IMG/VR virus record: IMGVR_UViG_3300029288_000006
Location: 1 to 64,000 of that record
Source of the DNA: a virus
Taxonomy: Duplodnaviria > Caudoviricetes
DNA length: 64,000 bases
Strand: one strand, 5' to 3'
Shown: in pieces, positions 9,312 through 19,791 of the stretch
How positions within the stretch are numbered: the first letter of the stretch is position 1
Layout of the letters: each line of letters opens with the position of its first letter
The notes under the pieces: generated by a model
Database searches by the model: none
What the model saw: only the letters and a program-made list of their open reading frames with translations
Told to the model about the DNA's origin: nothing
Position numbers and translations under genes: made by a program

Positions 9312-12300
9312 ATGGCTGTTTCCTATAATTCACTATTCCAATCTACAAATCAATTACCACAACAGGAACCACCTCAGTCACAAATTCCACAGAATATTAC
9401 TATCCCCAATGGAACTATTCAGACTGATCTGGAACCCATTGCACCCGTTCGTCGTGCTCTCGCTGTACGTCCACAAATCCAATGGGAAGAAGAACTACCC
9501 GAAGCGCAGAAACCTCGTGCTCCGGTAGGTCAATATTTTAAGGAGTTTGGACGTGGTGTTGCTGGTACTGTTCTTGGTTCGTCTCCTCTTTATGGTGGAC
9601 AGTTAGCTAATATAGTTCAGAAAGAACTGTCTGAAGTTGGTAGGAAATATAAATCAGATGCGCTTATGCAGTCTGCCCAGAGTGTTGGGTATTCTGTTGC
9701 CGCAACTATACCGGGTATCGCTGCTGAAATATTAATTAATAAGACACCGTGGGGTAGGTATGCAAAGTTAGGTGCTGCTGGTGTAGTTGGTTATGTCACC
9801 CTCAAGTCCACCTACGAACAAACTCTCAATAACTGGTATAACATGATCAATGACGACTGGATGAAACAATACGGTCGCACAATGACTCATGAGGAATGGA
9901 ATCAGGCAAAAGATCAATTTGGATTACGTGGTAAGGCTGCAAAAGAAGCACTCTGGGAAGCTGGTACGGAAGCTGCTGGATATTTTATAGGATCAAAACT
10001 CTTTCCATTTTCAAAAGGATTAGCGAAAACAGCAATACCCAAACTTGTGGGCGGTACGGTTTATGAACAGGCAGCACGTACAATATCACCAACTGTTAAA
10101 GAAATAGTTAAACCCACGCTCGCACGTAAAGCAATAACATTTGGTAAACGTCTTGGTCTAAGTCAGATTTCGGAACAAGCGGAAGAATTAATAGCGAATA
10201 AGAATCAGGCGGATGTTGAGTATGAACTTGGACTTACCGATAAACCTACCTATATGGGAACTCTCAAACAACAAGCCGCTCCGGTTGCCATATCCACACT
10301 TGCTCTTAATGCACTCTTCGGTGGTGCTACTAAGGGTGTTAATTTATATACTAAACACAAAATTAATACTACAGTCGAAGATAATGATGTAAATGCTGGC
10401 AATCTTGGATATAAATTTATTAATGGATTGGTTACCGGAACAATCTCACCAGATGAAGTTCGTGCTGAAGCAGAATTTTATAGTGAGAAACCAAAAATCA
10501 AACAGACTATCCTCAGAACCATAGATGATGCAAGTGTTCTTATGGAAGCCAAAGACGATCCCAATATTAGTACTTTTATTAATCTTACTACTTTACCATA
10601 TAAGTTTACAGAACTAGAAAATAAGAATGACCAGAAGTCTATTGATAGTTTTGTCTATGAGTTACCATTTAAACCAGATGAACTTTCTGCATACGCTGAA
10701 TTTTCCAAAGATACATTCCCGAAAGTTTCTCGTACTCTTACCAAACGTGCCAACGATATAATTGAAACACAAAAACAAGCAGCTAAAATAAAAGCTGATG
10801 AAGAAGGTAAATTTACCGAGGACATTGAAGGTGCAGAAACGTTCCCATCTGGTATAACATTAACTCAAGAAGGTAAAGATAATCTTGGTAATTATATAGA
10901 ATCTCGTGGTAAGATGCAGGGTAAATCTAAAGTTTTGCGAACTGAGATACAGAATTATGCACAAAATTATTCGGATTGGAAACTTGGTATCTTACCTAAC
11001 GAACCAATTCCAAATGCAATGTTGGGTGGTAGTATAAATCATGTCCAAAAGAAAGTCAATGATATTCTTGCAAGTGGTAGTGTGGTTGGGGAAATTAAAA
11101 CTCCGAATATTAATTTAACATCACCAACAAATATACAGGGGCAGAATATAGGAGAGCAGGCAGGGGAACAGACGGGAGAACAGTTAGGACAAGAAGTTCG
11201 ATCCGCAATTCCTAATAGAGTAACATTTGGTAGACCTAAAGGAACAACTGGACAGATCACTAATGTATTAGATCAAATGGTACAGGAGAAACCAATAACT
11301 GAATCAATATCTCATAAATCTGTTGTGCAATTAAATAATGAATTAGATACGTTAGATAAACAGGCACAAACATTAGGATATTTAAATTCAAGAAATTTAA
11401 ATGTTCAGGAAGGTATACAATTACTTAATAAGAATCCCAATGAATATAATGATAAAGATAAAGAATTAAATAATTTAATTACTAAACATAGTAATTTATG
11501 GCAACAGGCAGTCGCATTACCGGTTAAGGATGCAATTAAATTAAATGATGATATGGGTGATGCTTGGGTAAAAATAAGATTTCAAAATGAGGTTGATGCA
11601 ATACATGAGAATGAATTAAATGATGCGTTAGATTTGGCGGAATATTATATATTAAAAAATAATCCATCTAAGGCTGATATTGCATTAAATTCTATACGTT
11701 GGGGTAGGGAAAATGAACAAGGTGAATTTATTCCATATGATATATCTGAACAACAAAAGAATCGTAATAAAGAATTAAGAAATAAAATTGATAGTATGAA
11801 TAAGACAGTTAAACCTAAAGTTATATCTAAAGTTACACCTACCGAACAACCCAAGTATACTCCACTATCTGAAGAGCAAACTAAGATCATTCAACCATCT
11901 GAAATTCTGACGTCTGCTAAAATGTCAGAACATATGGTGAAAGTATCTCAAGCAATAGAACCTAATTCTACGATAGTTAAAGATAATAATGTTAGTATAT
12001 ATGAAGGAACTAAAGAACAGGTTGATGGTGAGGAAATAACTCAAGAAGAAGTTAAACCGGCAAAAATTGCTATACCTAAAAAAGTTACAGCTAAAATTAC
12101 TACTCCGGTTATATCCGAAACCAAACAAGTTGTAACTCCAAAACGCAAAGCACTCTTTGGTAAGATACCAGAAACCAAACCCATTGCGGAACCTGTCACA
12201 ACTCCCGTTCGCGCATTTGGTACTTCTGCATCCAAACAAGTTACAACTCCCACCGAATCTGAAATTAAATCACAGACTCCTACCAATTCCATGTTCAAAA

Positions 12301-15300
12301 AACCATCTGAGATTATACCATCACAAACTAGACTTGTTAAACCTCTATCCGAAAAACTCAAGGGTGATGATGTTTACGCATGGCAGGCACAAAGTCTTGG
12401 CATTAGAACTGTCGTAACCAGATTACTGGATAGGGGAGAAACTGTAAATGCTATAGTTGAACGTAGGGACATTAATAAGAAAATTAAGGGTAGAGTAGAT
12501 AATAAAACACTTACTGAGATTGTTAATGGTATTGATAGATTAAGAAAATTAGGTAAGGTTCCTAAATTTAAGGGAACAAAATTGGGATTAACCGAGGGTA
12601 AAGTTAAGGAAGATGAATTAATACCATTAAGAGTAGAAACCAAAACCGAACCAGCAACATCAACCCCAACTCCAACTATTACTCCGTCCAGTAAACAGAA
12701 TATGGCAGTTGAATTGTCTCGTGATGAGTATACCGAACAACTCACTAAAGACAAACTTATTCATTTCACTATTCGTAAGGATGAGAAATCGAAACGTCAT
12801 TCTATTTATTTTGATAATGGTGAAATAGAAATTCCAATGAATGATATGTTAGATAAACAGTTACATACTACCTTCGCGTCTGAACAATCTGCTCGCAACT
12901 TTTTAAATAAACAATCTGGTGAGGGTACTAATGCTGATAGATATTTAAAAATACTTGATTTACAGGCAGAATCAGATAGAGAAACAAAATTTGCAGTTGA
13001 ACGGGAACATAGGGACTTAATTACCAGACTTGTGAATAGTGGGCAAACAGTATCAGAAAAAGCTATATCTGCATATAAAGATGTTGATCCGGCACTCTAT
13101 CATAAGTGGGAAGAGAATAATAATAGAATTAATACCGAACAATCAACAACTCCAGTTCATGTTACCACTCCAGATAATCCATCTACCGTTGATAATGTGA
13201 GGATATTTAAAGATAAAAGTGATAAAACTCCAGAGACTAAACAGGCGACTGAACTTGCTCTTAATTATTCCAAACTACAGCAACGTCTTGATGGTGCTCT
13301 TGCTATTTGGATGAATCCCACATTACGTACATCTAATATTGTGGAATTAGTATCTGATGTATTTAATAAAGGTTATACATATGATTTTAATAACAAGCGA
13401 ATAGTTTCCAAAGATGGTAAGTTCGCTATTCAATGGAAAGTGAATGAACACCCGGAAGATAAAAATTCCAAAACTCGTAATCCCAATGGTATAACTGAGT
13501 TTAGAAAACTTACAACCGAACAGAATAAGAAAATAGATAATATAATTAAAGAGATAGAACGGGATAAGACTAAACAGGAAAGTGGTAATAAGACTCAACT
13601 CAATATTACTAATATTAATACTATTTCTGAATCTTCAATAACTCCCATTTTAACCGATGCTAAAATGGTTAATGAAATAGACAGTATAAATTCCGCTATC
13701 TCGGATAAATTCAAATCACCATCGTTAGGTTTCTCACCATCACACATACAAGTCACTCTCAATCGTTTATCTATAGATGTGGGTGGTAAATCCGATCAAC
13801 TCAAGATGGTTAAACCACGCACCTTATCAGATAAGATTGCCCGAATAGTTGCAAATACTTTTGGTGATGATGTGATATTTTTTGAGAAGAGTTCGGATTA
13901 TGCTGGTCTACCATTTACGGGTGCATATCATCGTGGATTTATATTTCTCGAATCGGATAATACTAATAAAATTATTAGGGTTATAGGTCATGAGTTGGGG
14001 CATAAATTAAGAAACCGTAATCCACAACTTTACAATCAACTAAAGAATTATCTCTATTCCAATGAACGTACCGAGATTGATAGACTAATTAAATCTCTTG
14101 ATGATGCGGTTAAAAATAACCCAACCATTGCACCCAAATGGAATAAGTTAAATTATGATAATAAGTTAGAAGAAATTATATCCGATTTGGTTGCGGATAG
14201 AATTACCAATCCAAACTTCTGGATAGGATTATCTAATTATAATTCAAGTACATTTAATAAACTTCATAATATAATATTGCGGATACTTACCAGACTTTCC
14301 AACTTAATGAACAAGCAAACACTCAAGACTCATTTTAAAGATATTACATCTATTAACAATCTCATTGATTCTGTGATGTATAATTATGCACAAGAACAAA
14401 GAATGAATGCTTCGGTAGAAAAACTTGATACTATACAAACTAAGATTAATAATATACAATCTACCGCTGATGCATTTATTAATAAGGTTCCGATAGTTAG
14501 TAATGTTACTTCTATTCCCAATGTTTCCTATCTTCCTCAATCAATACTCAATAGAATTATCAATGAAGATACTAATATTGATGATATAAGTCATATGTAT
14601 GATCATGATAGTCATACTATATATCTTATCGCTAATAATCTCAAAACTCCATATGATATTCAGAGAATTATTCTTGGTGCATCTATTAAATTTGATGGAA
14701 TCCAGGGAACATTTGGGAACAAGATGAATGGTATACTTAGGAATATAACCAATCTGTATAAAGACAATGATCAACTATCTAATAGATTGTCTACCATAGA
14801 AAAGCTTGGATATTTGCAATCACTTAAAGTTTCCAGTCCTAGTTCTCACTACTATCATTTATCATTAGAACTTTTGAATGATTATATTAATGATCCCATT
14901 AATGTTTATAAATTCGATATACTCTATGATTTGCGAGACGTTTTTAATTCGCTTGGTGAATTAAAATATTCAAACAGAGATGTTCTTGATATAATGAGTA
15001 ACCTTGCTGATTATAACACATCCATGAATCGGGACTATCTTATTGATACTGGTTTATTGGATGCATCTCACAATTCAAAATTAATGGTAGATACAACTAT
15101 ATCAGACTCACCTTACAGAACCGACGCTCTTAAACAATTACCAGTTAAGAAACTTATTTCCCAACACGGAGACCCCGTTGGATATTTTCATGCAACTAAT
15201 CGTGATTTCAAAGTGAGTGATTTTTACCCGTTCTCGCATTTTGGTACTGAAAAAGCAGCATTAAAACGTATGGAAAAACTTGGCGATTATGTTCTCTATA

Positions 15301-18300
15301 CCGCTGATAGAAAAATCAAAACCAGTAAAGGTGAACATGTAATTCTTGGAGATTCCCACACATTAAAAATATGGGTTGAGATGGGGTTATCTCGCAACTT
15401 TATTCTTAATAATTTTAAATCAGAAGTAATATCAAAACCTCATCTCATGCCGGTTTATCTTGCCATAGAAAACCCTATCCGAATAAAAGATAGCAGAATT
15501 GGTGAGTTCACCCCTTCATATATAGCACATGAATTAACAAGAGTTGGGGTAATGACACCGGAACAAAACACTGAGTTTAGGTTTTCCATACCATTATCTT
15601 TCCAACCAGAATATCTTAAAAATATTATTAAGTCTAAGGGTTATGATGGAATAATATATAAGAATAATTATGAGGATATTGGTAAAGACTCATATATACC
15701 AATGGATAATTCGCAGGTAATATCTGCATTGGTTGAAGTCAATCCTGCCGGTCAAACTAACACATCAAGTAGTTGGACTGTGGGTATAGATCGCAACTTA
15801 CTTGATTCTAAATTCATGATTGATCCGAAATCTTATGCAAATAATTTAGAATCTAATCTTACTGATATATCTATTAATAATATTCAACCTACTGATATAG
15901 AAAAACTAAATCGTCTCCAGCAAGCTATGGAATATTTTAAGGAGCAAGTTCATTTTGATACTGCTACTATAGCTATTAATGCGCAGTCTCCCATGCAACA
16001 TAGAAAGTTTAAATCATTCGATGAAGCTACGGATATAAAAGATTTGAGTGATATGAGAAAAGTACCGGACGCCAAGTCTACACATATACCAGTAGTTAAT
16101 CGTGAAGTATCTCTAGAAAAAGAAATATCGTTACCATTCTATTACATGGGTCATTCTCAACATTTAGCGGAACGTTATATATATCGAGCAGCATCAATAC
16201 GAGAAGATGAGGGTAGGGAATATGAGAATATATTTATGGGCAAAAAATTCCCAGAGAACACTACTCTACTTGATAAATTTATTGAACTCAAAAAAACTAA
16301 TAAACCTGAATATGAAAAACTTTCTAATGTGATTGTACACGCTGATATAAATGAGAAAAAATATACAGAACAAGATTTACGGGATATGGGATTTTCGGAA
16401 CAGGCAATAAAGTCATGGAAAGATGTACGCCAAATCCTTGATAATGTTCTTGATACAACCATAGAAATGTACAAAAAGAAAATCGCAGATAATCAAGAGA
16501 TGAATCTTCGCGATAAGAGAACTATTCTTAAACGCATGGGACGCAAAGGATTACCAGTTGAGACCGATATTGAAAAACTAATTAAAAATCTTGAACGTAT
16601 GAAGGGTAGTTATTTCCCACGCATGAGAGATTCTGGTAGTTGGAGTGTTACCATGTATAATAGAGAACAAGTCACGGATGAAGATGGAATAGTACAAAAT
16701 GTAGATATAACTAATCCTCTCTATAAAGAATATAAATCAGAAAAGGATGCGAGAAAAGCAAAAGATAATTTCCTTAAAAATGGTTATGATGAAGCCGGAA
16801 CACACTATACTTTCAAAGATGGTGAGATAAAACGTACACCAGAAAGACTAGCTGGTTATACAGTAGCCGGTCAGACCATTACCAATACAAATCAATTCAT
16901 TACGCAATTACTTACCAAGATGGATAAAGTATTTATGCGTGATAAGATTAAATCATTTGATGCGATACCAGATGTAAAATCATCGTATAATTATCAGAAA
17001 AAAGATGGTACTCTTATTCCACAACTCTGTATTGCAATTCTTGATGAGAAAGACCCAGGGTTATATGGTTATGCATTTAAATCGCTTGGTGGAGCACCAT
17101 ATAGTAATGAAGAATGGTTTGTGGATAGGTCTACAAATAGAGTTAAGAAATTATCTGACTGGGTACTCGAAGGAAAGAATAGAAAATTTGTAGAGAATAA
17201 TTATCAACCAACTAGAGTGTGGCATTTCAATAATCCAAGTCATGAATTGAGACGTAATATAGTTTTCGCGATTAACAAGGGTCGCGCTAATGAATATGTA
17301 AGACATAAATTAGAATTTGAATATCAATTAATCCAGAATGAGTACGAACTTTTAATGGAAAATACCTACCAATCTTCACTTATTCGTAGAAGTGGGGGAA
17401 CTGGTAATGGGGTTTTTATTGGTTATGAAACAGATATACCTGATGTTATTCGTTCATATACCAAAAAAATTGCTTCGGGTATAGCCACTTCCCATATGGC
17501 TGGTAATATGATTTCCGCACTTCATGGTACTGCCGATGCCAGTCCATATGATTTTGAAAATATTGAAGATTTTATCAAACTTGCACAATCCAGAAAGATT
17601 GATCCCATTCTACACAAGAATCGTTATGATAGATCGTTGAAATATATAAGTGATTTATTGGATCGTAATTATACAATGGAAAAATATTTTGCTATGGCTC
17701 GTGCATTGGTCGCTGTAAAGTATATGGGATTAAGTGTATTTTCGGGTGGTGTTAATCTTACATCTCTAGCAACTTCTTCGCCAGTAGTTTTGAATAATTA
17801 TGTTAAGATGCCAATTAACCAAGCACCAGAATATATTAAAAGAGCATGCGAATTATATCTAATATACAAAAAGAATCCAGATAAATTAGTCCCTATGGGT
17901 CATCCGGGATTAGCTGCACTGTTCCAGGAAATGCAATATAAAGACTGGAATAGATCAGAGATGAATGAAGAGGCGTCTGCTGTTGGTATAAGAAGTATGA
18001 AATGGATAGATTCTGCTATACGGGGATCATTAATCTTTATGAGACTTACCGAAGAAATGAATAGACTTGCCACTATGGGAGCATCGTATTTGTACATGGA
18101 AGATATGTATAATAAAGGATATGTTGCTCTTAACAGTTCCAGCAATGCACCGGATATTAATGTATTTACCAATCTCAGACGGGTAACGGAATATAAGAAA
18201 AATATTTATAATATTAAACTTGTTGACAATAACGAAACAACCGGATTACATGAATTATATGTTGACATAGCAAAAGAGACTTCTGATGTTGCTAATGGTG

Positions 18301-19259
18301 TTTATGGACAATCAAATAAACTCTATAGGGCGCAGGGGAAAACTGGTTTCGCTAAACTCGTAGCATCACAAGCGATGTTCTTAAAATATATTCATACTCA
18401 ATTATTAAACTTTGCAGAGAATGGGTATGAATTCAAGAATAAAAAGAATGCTATTTATATGATACTAGCTCCTGTTATTCTTGGTGGGTTAAGAGCTAGT
18501 CCTATCTGGGGTCCAATAAGTCCCATGATATATAAACTAATCCAATTCCTAACTGGAGACGATGATCCAGAAGAAGAGTTCTATCGTATGGTTGGCAATG
18601 AAATGGGTAAAGACCCAGAAAGATTTATGCGCGATGGTCTTATCGGCACATTTACTCCTGTTACCATTCGCAATTCTCTTGCATTCCAAATGCCTACTCC
18701 GATGTCGGGTATACCGTATTCACTTTATAAGGATGTTACGAATGCCGCAACACTGACTATTGAGGGTGACTATGGTAGGGCAATAGAACGCGCAAACATA
18801 CGCGCCGTATCTTCCGCGCTTCGCGCGCATCGCGAATATACGCAAGGTGCTACTACTCTTGGTGGGAAACCCTTCTGGTTAGGTACGGAACAAATAAAAC
18901 CCACCTTTACCCAAGCAATGATCATGGTATTTGGCGGGAATCCGGTAGAATATAGTTATAAGAAGGAACAATTATGGAAAGATCAAATTATACAACGTAG
19001 ATATACTACTAAACGTCATAAGATAAATAGTAAATTTATAAAAGCCGATAGTCCATCTGACTGGCAAAATGCTATGGATGAAGCATTAAAATATAATCAG
19101 ACCATTGTCAACCATAGACTGTTTGGGTTACCGTTTATTACAGATGCTTCAATTAAGAGTGCGCTTGATAATCCTCCAGATAAATTCCAACTCGGTAGAT
19201 ATTATAGACTTATGGAAGTTGGTGAAGAGGAAGAGGAAGAAACTAATGAGAATGAATAA
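9312..19259 (+). CDS. Giant (3315 aa) polyvalent internal virion protein with zincin metallopeptidase and ART-like domains
   Basis: GHELGH motif near 13990; YFHAT..SHFGT..PVYLAIENP..GYDGIIYKN..E near 15180-15720; YFPRMR and helical C-terminal region typical of phage large polyvalent proteins. Confidence 0.75.
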   Translation: MAVSYNSLFQSTNQLPQQEPPQSQIPQNITIPNGTIQTDLEPIAPVRRALAVRPQIQWEEELPEAQKPRAPVGQYFKEFGRGVAGTVLGSSPLYGGQLANIVQKELSEVGRKYKSDALMQSAQSVGYSVAATIPGIAAEILINKTPWGRYAKLGAAGVVGYVTLKSTYEQTLNNWYNMINDDWMKQYGRTMTHEEWNQAKDQFGLRGKAAKEALWEAGTEAAGYFIGSKLFPFSKGLAKTAIPKLVGGTVYEQAARTISPTVKEIVKPTLARKAITFGKRLGLSQISEQAEELIANKNQADVEYELGLTDKPTYMGTLKQQAAPVAISTLALNALFGGATKGVNLYTKHKINTTVEDNDVNAGNLGYKFINGLVTGTISPDEVRAEAEFYSEKPKIKQTILRTIDDASVLMEAKDDPNISTFINLTTLPYKFTELENKNDQKSIDSFVYELPFKPDELSAYAEFSKDTFPKVSRTLTKRANDIIETQKQAAKIKADEEGKFTEDIEGAETFPSGITLTQEGKDNLGNYIESRGKMQGKSKVLRTEIQNYAQNYSDWKLGILPNEPIPNAMLGGSINHVQKKVNDILASGSVVGEIKTPNINLTSPTNIQGQNIGEQAGEQTGEQLGQEVRSAIPNRVTFGRPKGTTGQITNVLDQMVQEKPITESISHKSVVQLNNELDTLDKQAQTLGYLNSRNLNVQEGIQLLNKNPNEYNDKDKELNNLITKHSNLWQQAVALPVKDAIKLNDDMGDAWVKIRFQNEVDAIHENELNDALDLAEYYILKNNPSKADIALNSIRWGRENEQGEFIPYDISEQQKNRNKELRNKIDSMNKTVKPKVISKVTPTEQPKYTPLSEEQTKIIQPSEILTSAKMSEHMVKVSQAIEPNSTIVKDNNVSIYEGTKEQVDGEEITQEEVKPAKIAIPKKVTAKITTPVISETKQVVTPKRKALFGKIPETKPIAEPVTTPVRAFGTSASKQVTTPTESEIKSQTPTNSMFKKPSEIIPSQTRLVKPLSEKLKGDDVYAWQAQSLGIRTVVTRLLDRGETVNAIVERRDINKKIKGRVDNKTLTEIVNGIDRLRKLGKVPKFKGTKLGLTEGKVKEDELIPLRVETKTEPATSTPTPTITPSSKQNMAVELSRDEYTEQLTKDKLIHFTIRKDEKSKRHSIYFDNGEIEIPMNDMLDKQLHTTFASEQSARNFLNKQSGEGTNADRYLKILDLQAESDRETKFAVEREHRDLITRLVNSGQTVSEKAISAYKDVDPALYHKWEENNNRINTEQSTTPVHVTTPDNPSTVDNVRIFKDKSDKTPETKQATELALNYSKLQQRLDGALAIWMNPTLRTSNIVELVSDVFNKGYTYDFNNKRIVSKDGKFAIQWKVNEHPEDKNSKTRNPNGITEFRKLTTEQNKKIDNIIKEIERDKTKQESGNKTQLNITNINTISESSITPILTDAKMVNEIDSINSAISDKFKSPSLGFSPSHIQVTLNRLSIDVGGKSDQLKMVKPRTLSDKIARIVANTFGDDVIFFEKSSDYAGLPFTGAYHRGFIFLESDNTNKIIRVIGHELGHKLRNRNPQLYNQLKNYLYSNERTEIDRLIKSLDDAVKNNPTIAPKWNKLNYDNKLEEIISDLVADRITNPNFWIGLSNYNSSTFNKLHNIILRILTRLSNLMNKQTLKTHFKDITSINNLIDSVMYNYAQEQRMNASVEKLDTIQTKINNIQSTADAFINKVPIVSNVTSIPNVSYLPQSILNRIINEDTNIDDISHMYDHDSHTIYLIANNLKTPYDIQRIILGASIKFDGIQGTFGNKMNGILRNITNLYKDNDQLSNRLSTIEKLGYLQSLKVSSPSSHYYHLSLELLNDYINDPINVYKFDILYDLRDVFNSLGELKYSNRDVLDIMSNLADYNTSMNRDYLIDTGLLDASHNSKLMVDTTISDSPYRTDALKQLPVKKLISQHGDPVGYFHATNRDFKVSDFYPFSHFGTEKAALKRMEKLGDYVLYTADRKIKTSKGEHVILGDSHTLKIWVEMGLSRNFILNNFKSEVISKPHLMPVYLAIENPIRIKDSRIGEFTPSYIAHELTRVGVMTPEQNTEFRFSIPLSFQPEYLKNIIKSKGYDGIIYKNNYEDIGKDSYIPMDNSQVISALVEVNPAGQTNTSSSWTVGIDRNLLDSKFMIDPKSYANNLESNLTDISINNIQPTDIEKLNRLQQAMEYFKEQVHFDTATIAINAQSPMQHRKFKSFDEATDIKDLSDMRKVPDAKSTHIPVVNREVSLEKEISLPFYYMGHSQHLAERYIYRAASIREDEGREYENIFMGKKFPENTTLLDKFIELKKTNKPEYEKLSNVIVHADINEKKYTEQDLRDMGFSEQAIKSWKDVRQILDNVLDTTIEMYKKKIADNQEMNLRDKRTILKRMGRKGLPVETDIEKLIKNLERMKGSYFPRMRDSGSWSVTMYNREQVTDEDGIVQNVDITNPLYKEYKSEKDARKAKDNFLKNGYDEAGTHYTFKDGEIKRTPERLAGYTVAGQTITNTNQFITQLLTKMDKVFMRDKIKSFDAIPDVKSSYNYQKKDGTLIPQLCIAILDEKDPGLYGYAFKSLGGAPYSNEEWFVDRSTNRVKKLSDWVLEGKNRKFVENNYQPTRVWHFNNPSHELRRNIVFAINKGRANEYVRHKLEFEYQLIQNEYELLMENTYQSSLIRRSGGTGNGVFIGYETDIPDVIRSYTKKIASGIATSHMAGNMISALHGTADASPYDFENIEDFIKLAQSRKIDPILHKNRYDRSLKYISDLLDRNYTMEKYFAMARALVAVKYMGLSVFSGGVNLTSLATSSPVVLNNYVKMPINQAPEYIKRACELYLIYKKNPDKLVPMGHPGLAALFQEMQYKDWNRSEMNEEASAVGIRSMKWIDSAIRGSLIFMRLTEEMNRLATMGASYLYMEDMYNKGYVALNSSSNAPDINVFTNLRRVTEYKKNIYNIKLVDNNETTGLHELYVDIAKETSDVANGVYGQSNKLYRAQGKTGFAKLVASQAMFLKYIHTQLLNFAENGYEFKNKKNAIYMILAPVILGGLRASPIWGPISPMIYKLIQFLTGDDDPEEEFYRMVGNEMGKDPERFMRDGLIGTFTPVTIRNSLAFQMPTPMSGIPYSLYKDVTNAATLTIEGDYGRAIERANIRAVSSALRAHREYTQGATTLGGKPFWLGTEQIKPTFTQAMIMVFGGNPVEYSYKKEQLWKDQIIQRRYTTKRHKINSKFIKADSPSDWQNAMDEALKYNQTIVNHRLFGLPFITDASIKSALDNPPDKFQLGRYYRLMEVGEEEEEETNENE

Positions 19260-19296
19260 AACAATCTCAACTAATTATATAATCTAATTTTAGTAT

Positions 19297-19337
19297 TTTA
19301 AATAATACTTGCTTTTTAATATATATTATAGTATATT
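19297..19337 (+). promoter_or_regulatory. sigma70-type promoter TTGCTT-N17-TATATT
   Basis: -35 at 19309-19314, -10 at 19332-19337; same upstream motif as 6503. Confidence 0.7.
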
Positions 19338-19374
19338 ATAGAGAACGCAGAATAATGGAAGGAGAATTGTTATT

Positions 19375-19791
19375 ATGAGATGGAAGATAAGGAATTTGAT
19401 AGTTCCGATTATATTTATTTTGCTTATAACTTATGCTTATTCACAACAAGTTTTTACCGTTGGGACTTATCATGGTACTGGTCCAACATTAACTATTTTT
19501 GGACGTGGTGCTCCATCAATAGTTTATCAAGTTTTACCGTATGGTATTGATAGTTTGTTTGTTAAATTGGAAGGTACTATGGATTCAGCAACTTATGGAT
19601 TCACAAATCTTTCCGCAAGTCAAAATGATAGTATAACATTTTATATTACTAAACGTGATACCATGTTCTTTATACGGTATGATGGTGAAATGCCAATGAC
19701 TAGAGTTCGCATTTGTCGTATTGTTCCCGATACGGTTTTTGCTACTTCTGATACTACTGTGAGGGTGAGGGGATATTATGAAGATAGATAA
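19375..19791 (+). CDS. Signal-peptide-bearing small beta-sandwich (decoration/spike-like) protein
   Basis: MRWKIRNLIVPIIFILLITYAYS|QQ; VKLEGTMD motif; 6 of 8 Asp residues lie in D-S/T-hydrophobic sequons. Confidence 0.6.
   Translation: MRWKIRNLIVPIIFILLITYAYSQQVFTVGTYHGTGPTLTIFGRGAPSIVYQVLPYGIDSLFVKLEGTMDSATYGFTNLSASQNDSITFYITKRDTMFFIRYDGEMPMTRVRICRIVPDTVFATSDTTVRVRGYYEDR

Noticed and set aside
11039-18172. Antisense ORFs within the giant gene, and similar shadow ORFs elsewhere (e.g. 26267-26830, 38193-38756, 48254-48748)
   Set aside because: They lie opposite well-supported genes and lack RBSs and motifs
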